Shown: in pieces, positions 58,535-64,000 of the stretch
How the letters are laid out: every line of letters starts with the position of its first letter
Position numbering within the stretch: the stretch's first letter is position 1
Origin: Minisyncoccota bacterium
GTDB taxonomy: Bacteria; Patescibacteriota; Minisyncoccia; Phycocordibacterales; UBA5272
Length of the DNA: 64,000 bases
Direction of reading: 5' to 3'
Assembly (NCBI GenBank): GCA_041651055.1
Contig: JBAZJW010000001.1
Span: 306,661-370,660 of the forward strand
The notes under the pieces: model-generated
Databases searched by the model: none
What the model saw: the letters and a program-made list of their open reading frames with translations, nothing else
Told to the model about the DNA's origin: nothing
Position numbers and translations under genes: made by a program

Positions 58535-58550
58535 GGATATGAGTATACCG

Positions 58551-58598
58551 CGTGCGACCCTAAATACAAACTTGTAAGTTTGTATTTAGGGTCGCACG
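58551..58598. terminator. 23-bp-arm hairpin just upstream of the pilin promoter
   Basis: cgtgcgaccctaaatacaaactt-gt-aagtttgtatttagggtcgcacg. Confidence 0.6.
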
Positions 58599-58692
58599 AG
58601 TCGAAAGTCCGTAAAGTTTGTAAAGTCAAAAGGAAATACGGGTTCGTAATTTACTTTATGGACTTTTTACTTTATGGACTTTATAGACTAAA
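58599..58692. repeat. Inverted pair of degenerate 9-mer arrays
   Basis: aaagtccgtaaagtttgtaaagtcaaaaggaaatac ... ctttatggactttttactttatggactttatagacta. Confidence 0.75.
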
Positions 58693-58744
58693 GTTTTTAT
58701 ACAAAAAATCCTGACATATAGTCAGGATTTTTTATATAAAAACT

Positions 58745-59308
58745 TTAGCAGGAGGTCTCCCCTGGCAAGCATGTCTTCGGTGCCATCCCTCCTTGATTGA
58801 TACCAAGAACAGATCCAGCAAACCCAATGATTCCCCACACAGATACCATTACGAAAAGTGCGAGCACGGAATACGCCATCCCTCTTAATGACTTCTGCTG
58901 CTCATCTGCACTATTTCTTCCTTTCCAAATGAATTCAATGAGAAACCAAAAGAATGCAAGCATCGCCATCCCAACCAAAAACGGAGCGAGGCGCTTTATG
59001 ATAAGTTGCGCAAGAGCAAGTAGACCAAGAACTCCGTTTGATCCACTCGTACCGCCGACATTTAACGTACCGTTGCCCACAGTAATAGGTACGCCACCTA
59101 TCGTCCCTCCTATTTGATACCCTCCTGTGTTTGCGTTATAGATGAGGCCCCCTCCATTTCCATTACTTACTTGTATGACACCTGTCTGGCCATTAACACC
59201 AACAGGAAGACCGTTTAAGGTGCCGTTCACTTGACCCACCTGAATCTGAGCAGATGTTAACGTACAGCTACTAAGGATGAGCACTGCACCAAGTAATAAT
59301 TTTTTCAT
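58745..59308 (-). CDS. TrbC/VirB2-like pilin with Gly/Asn-rich N-terminal domain
   Basis: Signal peptide; LAFFW...SLRGMAYSVLALFVMVSVWG. Confidence 0.8.
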   Translation of the reverse strand: MKKLLLGAVLILSSCTLTSAQIQVGQVNGTLNGLPVGVNGQTGVIQVSNGNGGGLIYNANTGGYQIGGTIGGVPITVGNGTLNVGGTSGSNGVLGLLALAQLIIKRLAPFLVGMAMLAFFWFLIEFIWKGRNSADEQQKSLRGMAYSVLALFVMVSVWGIIGFAGSVLGINQGGMAPKTCLPGETSC

Positions 59309-59379
59309 ATAGTAAAAGTATACCATAGGGTAGTTTTTAGTTTTTAGTTTTTAGTAGATGCAAATACATCAATGCTTTA

Positions 59380-59435
59380 TTTTTACATAAACAAAAAACC
59401 AAGTCGTACGACTTGGTTTTTTGTTTATGTAAAAA
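59380..59435. terminator. Perfect 56-bp loopless palindrome
   Basis: tttttacataaacaaaaaaccaagtcgt|acgacttggttttttgtttatgtaaaaa. Confidence 0.75.
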
Positions 59436-59439
59436 GCGT

Positions 59440-59838
59440 TTACGCTGCTGGAACCGGAACACCAGGAATCGGAACTGATCCACCTTGATTGATACCTACG
59501 AGTGACCCGAAGAATCCTACCAACCCCCAGATAGAAACCATTACGAAAAGTGCGAGCACAGAGTATGCCATTCCTCTGAGAGAGGTTGATTTGTTCTCAG
59601 CACTGTCAGCACCCAACCAAATGTACTTGATAAGGTACCAAAAGAATGCAAGAACAGCGAGACCTACAGCAAAAGGAACGAGACGTGTGACGATAGTCTG
59701 CGCAAGTGCAAGAAGAGAAAGAAGAGCACCTCCGTTCACAGCTCCTTGCTGTACTGAGTTACCGATAGTAATTGTTTGTGCAGATGCTGACATGATACTG
59801 CCAGCTGCGAGTGTGAATAATGTTAGTGCTTTTTTCAT
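59440..59838 (-). CDS. TrbC/VirB2-like pilin (paralog of 58745-59308)
   Basis: LAFFW...SLRGMAYSVLALFVMVSIWG. Confidence 0.82.
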   Translation of the reverse strand: MKKALTLFTLAAGSIMSASAQTITIGNSVQQGAVNGGALLSLLALAQTIVTRLVPFAVGLAVLAFFWYLIKYIWLGADSAENKSTSLRGMAYSVLALFVMVSIWGLVGFFGSLVGINQGGSVPIPGVPVPAA

Positions 59839-59936
59839 ATGTTTTTATGTGTGTATGTTAAGTATAGCGTTCTTGTGATTCTTTGCAAGAATAGCTGGGG
59901 ATAGTAATGGTTAAGCAAACAAAGTAAGTCAATACT

Positions 59937-61163
59937 CTATATCATAATAATAGAAGGGTCAAGATAAACTCCATCTGTGGCTGGAGGTGTGGTTCCTCCT
60001 GCAGAAGTGTCTGCTGCAGGGTCAGAAACAGAAGAATTTATCTCTTGCATTTGCGCAGCTTCAGTCACACAGGTTCCATTTGAACCTACAACCATACCAA
60101 AATCACAACTAGCAGAAAAATCAGAAGAAGGGAGTGTTGGCCCTACTGTACCTGATGCAGGAGGTGTTACTCCTGTTGAAGCGGCACAAAGATCTTCCAG
60201 GCCGGGATTATTGGTTACACATTGAGCATATGTAACGGTTGCTGGTCCATTTCCAGTCATTGCAGCTTGAGCGGCTGTCTGACACGTGGCCATGTCCCCT
60301 CCTGTATTTGTCATGCAGTTTGTGTACACCGTATTAGTTAAATTTTCCTGAGCAGAGCCTATTCCTCCATAGGCTGCATATGCAGTCTGACACTCTGCGG
60401 AAGAGTTACCATTTGTGAGACATGAATTATAGGCCTGACTGGCTAGATTCTGTGCAGCAGAGCCCGTTCCTCCGGCCGATTGATACGCACTTTGACAGGA
60501 GGCATCTGTACCATTATTTCCAATACACGTATTATACGCAGATTGAGCTGCTGAAACAGTACCTCCGGCAGCAGGTACTACGGAAGAAGTTCCACCTGCG
60601 CAATTTTGCGAGACACATCTTCCTCCTGTGCCACATGTAGAGCCGTCAGCTTTTCCAGTACAAGCATTTGTTCCAGCCGCACTAGGGTTAACAAGAGCTC
60701 CTCCACTCGGAGCAATACCAGAACTTGCACCTCCGAAATCAAACGAAGGGATTTTGATTGTCGTCACATCAGAACCGCTAAAAAGAATTCCTTGTCCGAA
60801 TTTAATAATTCCATATACCGAGAACATGACAAAAAGTGCGAGCAATCCCCACCCCATGAATTGATTTCCAATTTTTACTTTATCAGCCTTTCCTTCACGT
60901 GCACCCCAAATGTACTGAACGATACCGAAGAAAAATACCACCAGTGCTGCTGCGAGAAGAAGTGTTCCCACAGCTTTCACCACCGTCGTCGTAAAGAGTG
61001 TAACAAGAACCGCGAATGTTCCGATACCTGTTGCGATATTTGTCACTGCGGCAGGAGTGGCTGCGGCGGCGCCAGTAACGTCCCCTGCGGCGGCAAAAAC
61101 AACAGATGGCACAGCTACTAAAAGAACACTAATAAGTACACGTGGGCTGAGAAGTTTTTTCAT
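59937..61163 (-). CDS. VirB2-like pilin fused to a Cys-rich repeat C-terminal domain
   Basis: VFFFGIVQYI...MGWGLLALFVMFSVYGII, then three (A/V)YxxC-x8-9-CQ(S/T)A repeats. Confidence 0.8.
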   Translation of the reverse strand: MKKLLSPRVLISVLLVAVPSVVFAAAGDVTGAAAATPAAVTNIATGIGTFAVLVTLFTTTVVKAVGTLLLAAALVVFFFGIVQYIWGAREGKADKVKIGNQFMGWGLLALFVMFSVYGIIKFGQGILFSGSDVTTIKIPSFDFGGASSGIAPSGGALVNPSAAGTNACTGKADGSTCGTGGRCVSQNCAGGTSSVVPAAGGTVSAAQSAYNTCIGNNGTDASCQSAYQSAGGTGSAAQNLASQAYNSCLTNGNSSAECQTAYAAYGGIGSAQENLTNTVYTNCMTNTGGDMATCQTAAQAAMTGNGPATVTYAQCVTNNPGLEDLCAASTGVTPPASGTVGPTLPSSDFSASCDFGMVVGSNGTCVTEAAQMQEINSSVSDPAADTSAGGTTPPATDGVYLDPSIIMI

Positions 61164-61233
61164 AAATGTAATATCTATAAGTGTATACCATACTTCCTGT
61201 GCCGACTAGGGAGTTGTTCAGTATTTAAAAAAA

Positions 61234-62397
61234 CTAATTTGTGCAGGCACTGTTCGCATCTGGTGTGCCATCTCTCGTTATGTTATTTACTACATCAAAA
61301 CATCTTTGTTGAACAGTACTACGAGGGGTGGTTGAAGCAGTCGCTGGATTCACTGTGGCTGGTGTAACAACAACTGTTGGTGAACCTCCACTACTTTGAG
61401 GAGTAATAACAAAGTCTGCCTGAGAAGAAGAGCTCGGAACAGATGCTGTCGGAGTAACAGTTAAGGGAGCAACATATGAATCACTTCTACTCACACAACT
61501 TCCATCCAACCCTCTTTGTCCAGATAGTCCATTTTGTGTAGTACATACGGAGTTAGTGGTTCCTGCTGCAGGAACCACACGCCCATCTGGATTAATAGAT
61601 GTAGTAGAAGAGCCTACTGGTGCAGTAACAGTGCTAGCACTAGGCATGGTAGACGCCGGTGTAGTAACCGTAGAACTTCCAATAACTTGCAATGCGGTAT
61701 TTCTCACTGCGAAAACAAATCCTTGCACCATCACTACCGCAATTGTAATAATCGCTGCCAACAACGTGTACGAGTGCGCCTTTTTAAGTTCTTCAGGTTT
61801 ACCTTGCGCGTACACATATGCGAATCCTGAAAAAAGCCACATGCCGACAATGGATGGATATACGAACCACCTAATAATTATCCTGGCGAGACTAAGCAAT
61901 ACATCATAGAGATTATTCATTGTCGTAGGGTTCGGCAACAATGATCCGGTATCTGCATACGCGTGGGTAACAAATGCTTCAGAAAATAATTTTAAAATAA
62001 AATCTTGTACGCCAAATGATTTCAAAATAAAGGTAAGGGCTCCGGCGGCAATAGCGAAGACAACCACAAAACCAATAAGTGACTGAAAGGCTTCGTACCC
62101 TACTTTCTTAAGAGCCGCACCGCTAGGATCTTTACGAGCCCACACTATCATCACCATACGAACAACAAGAACAAGAACAACGAAAACTGATCCTATAACC
62201 GTGAAGAGTGAGAGCAGGCTCGAAACCATTGCTTTGAAGTTAGTAACATTACATTCTGTCTGTGCTGTCGCTCCACAGAGATCATTCCCAGAAATAGACT
62301 TCGTAGGATATGCAGATGTCTGTGCATACAGAGGTACAAAAGAAATTACTATGAAAAATGATGCGAGCAATGCAGTGAGGATGTATTTATTTTTCAT
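61234..62397 (-). CDS. Tandem double pilin-like membrane protein with Ser/Thr/Pro-rich, Cys-containing tail
   Basis: Two hairpin-TM units separated by AFVTHAYA; SGFAYVYAQGKPEELKKA. Confidence 0.7.
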   Translation of the reverse strand: MKNKYILTALLASFFIVISFVPLYAQTSAYPTKSISGNDLCGATAQTECNVTNFKAMVSSLLSLFTVIGSVFVVLVLVVRMVMIVWARKDPSGAALKKVGYEAFQSLIGFVVVFAIAAGALTFILKSFGVQDFILKLFSEAFVTHAYADTGSLLPNPTTMNNLYDVLLSLARIIIRWFVYPSIVGMWLFSGFAYVYAQGKPEELKKAHSYTLLAAIITIAVVMVQGFVFAVRNTALQVIGSSTVTTPASTMPSASTVTAPVGSSTTSINPDGRVVPAAGTTNSVCTTQNGLSGQRGLDGSCVSRSDSYVAPLTVTPTASVPSSSSQADFVITPQSSGGSPTVVVTPATVNPATASTTPRSTVQQRCFDVVNNITRDGTPDANSACTN

Positions 62398-62450
62398 GGT
62401 TGTGGATAGTTAGGGGCTGGCAGTTAGGAGTTAGGAGAAGTCTCTACCAA

Positions 62451-63749
62451 TTATTGTGGAGTGTAGAGATCACGAAGGCGAGCAACAAAAGTATTCGCCG
62501 CATCCGTCACTCCTGCGCGCCCACTAATAACATCCGAAAGCATACTCATGACATATGCCGTGGATGCGTCCGAAAAGCTATCATACCATCCGCGCGCATT
62601 TAACATACTAAGAGAGATGACTGCATCGACACCGGGCACGCTTGCGTACGACCTGAGTGCTGGCACCGATCCTACTATTCCAGCAATGGTCGGAGATACA
62701 CCTCCGCCTGCGAATTGTGCTTCTACACTGAGCGCTGTTACCGGATTCTTCGAAGATTTAAGCGTAGCGATGCCGTACATTTTCATACCTGTCGCAAATG
62801 TACCATAACCACGTGTTTGTGGAAGGTATGTCATTTCGATATCTGCTTTTGGATTGCGTGCGCGCAGCGTGCCAAGCTCGCTCGCGTAGCCTACATACAT
62901 GGCCACCTTTTCTGCAACGAATTGATCGTCTGCATTTCCTGAAAATTGATTCCACGTATACGTACGTTGTGTAGGGTCTGCGAATTGTGTGAAGAATCTA
63001 ATCACTGTAGAAAGTGGGAACACGTCCCCTCCTTCTGTTGTCGGAGTGTTCGCTGCAATTTGAAGCGAGATAGCCCCTGCTTGGTCATAAAAGGCAAGCA
63101 CAGGCACTTGTCCAAGTTGCCAGATGATTGCCATGATAATATCTTTTGCATACGCGAGGTTCGGTGCACCGAGAGCAATACCTGATTCCAAGAATTGGCC
63201 CTGTGCATTAGCAGATGTAAGAGTTGGAACGACGTTTACCACTTCATCCCAATAGGTCGGAGGATTCGCAATGCCATGTTTTGAAAAAAGAGAACGATTA
63301 TAGAAAAGCACCATTGGATCCACTGACACGGGAAGCGCGAGTGCTCCGAGTGGTGTCCACATGACATTGGATCCATCTACGTACGTATCTTTAAAAGCCT
63401 TTTCACCGAGCGAGGCGAGAGGGAAAGGATATAGACGAGGAGACTGAGTGAGAATCATCTGATATGGTGCGAGAATCATATCCGGACCAGCTCCATTTGC
63501 AAGTGCTTCCAAAAGCGTTTGGTTGAATTTGTCTTCACGTATTTCTTTGTACACCACGCGATAGGTTTTTGCTTTTGGATTAAACTCCTGAACGACTTTG
63601 TTCATTTCTGGTTCTGGAAGAGTTCCCCAGAGAACTACCTCACCAGCTGCGGTTTGATCAGGATTTCCAAGAGGAATCTTTCCTGAGAAAATAAGAACAG
63701 CAAGTAGCGCGGCGAAAACGCCAGCCCCGAGAATTAATTTACGTAACAT
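62451..63749 (-). CDS. Membrane-anchored extracellular solute-binding protein (family 1, sugar-type)
   Basis: LWGT, LLEALANGAGPD, LFYNRSLF, PPTYWDE; start MLRKL 6 nt after TATACT. Confidence 0.88.
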   Translation of the reverse strand: MLRKLILGAGVFAALLAVLIFSGKIPLGNPDQTAAGEVVLWGTLPEPEMNKVVQEFNPKAKTYRVVYKEIREDKFNQTLLEALANGAGPDMILAPYQMILTQSPRLYPFPLASLGEKAFKDTYVDGSNVMWTPLGALALPVSVDPMVLFYNRSLFSKHGIANPPTYWDEVVNVVPTLTSANAQGQFLESGIALGAPNLAYAKDIIMAIIWQLGQVPVLAFYDQAGAISLQIAANTPTTEGGDVFPLSTVIRFFTQFADPTQRTYTWNQFSGNADDQFVAEKVAMYVGYASELGTLRARNPKADIEMTYLPQTRGYGTFATGMKMYGIATLKSSKNPVTALSVEAQFAGGGVSPTIAGIVGSVPALRSYASVPGVDAVISLSMLNARGWYDSFSDASTAYVMSMLSDVISGRAGVTDAANTFVARLRDLYTPQ

Positions 63750-63903
63750 TACTACAGTATATAGGTTATACAAAACAAGAACTAGTGGATACGTATCCTT
63801 TACTCAAAATTTCTTTTTATTAAATGCTCTTAATTCCAAAGTTTCTTTTCTTTTTTCACGTAACCCCTAACTGTTAGCCCCTAACTGGGTCTAGGCCTGA
63901 ACT

Positions 63904-64000
63904 CTACGAAGAAATCGCGATGAACGCATAGTGGTATCCGCCGGCGGGGAGACGTTTTTGCATTCTGAAGCCATGCTTTTGCACGAGATCCTCGGCTTTT
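63904..64000 (-). CDS. C-terminus of a gene entering from the right, possibly a class I SAM methyltransferase
   Basis: KAEDLVQKHGFRMQKRLPAGGYHYAFIAISS*; the AGxYHY ending resembles small methyltransferases. Confidence 0.5.
   Translation of the reverse strand, partial: KAEDLVQKHGFRMQKRLPAGGYHYAFIAISS

Overview
Chromosomal segment of a small-genome bacterium using genetic code 11. It is most likely a Patescibacteria/CPR (Parcubacteria-like) genome; this is inferred from the gene content: VirB2-like pilin array, DUF5667 protein, orphan solute-binding proteins, alpha2-type GlyRS, split transketolase and a giant repeat protein. Bases 1-12432 hold an uninterrupted minus-strand ORF of >4144 codons that runs off the left edge and is therefore missing from the ORF track. 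It encodes a secreted, fibre-like, modular surface protein. The rest is mostly housekeeping: rnhB, dnaE, secG, rnj, mutY, nrdAB, uvrABC, tgt, malic enzyme, an fba/pfkB/tkt/rpe/rpiB/gap cluster, tRNA-Trp, rpmG and glyQS. It ends in a cluster of five VirB2/TrbC-like pilin genes. Main patterns seen in the raw sequence: (i) many core genes have a -10 hexamer only 6-8 nt before the ATG (leaderless architecture), while opposite-strand orphan genes use -35/-10 + Shine-Dalgarno + strong terminators; (ii) a four-segment attenuator-like leader upstream of a GNAT gene, and a related orphan leader RNA downstream; (iii) several families of intergenic palindromic or short-tandem-repeat elements, some copying the 3' ends of gap and tRNA-Trp; (iv) repeated loss of metal-binding motifs (TGT, MutY, DnaE PHP, L33) and trimmed UvrA/UvrC. 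No CRISPR array, rRNA, integrase or transposase was seen. All calls are by eye, without database searches.
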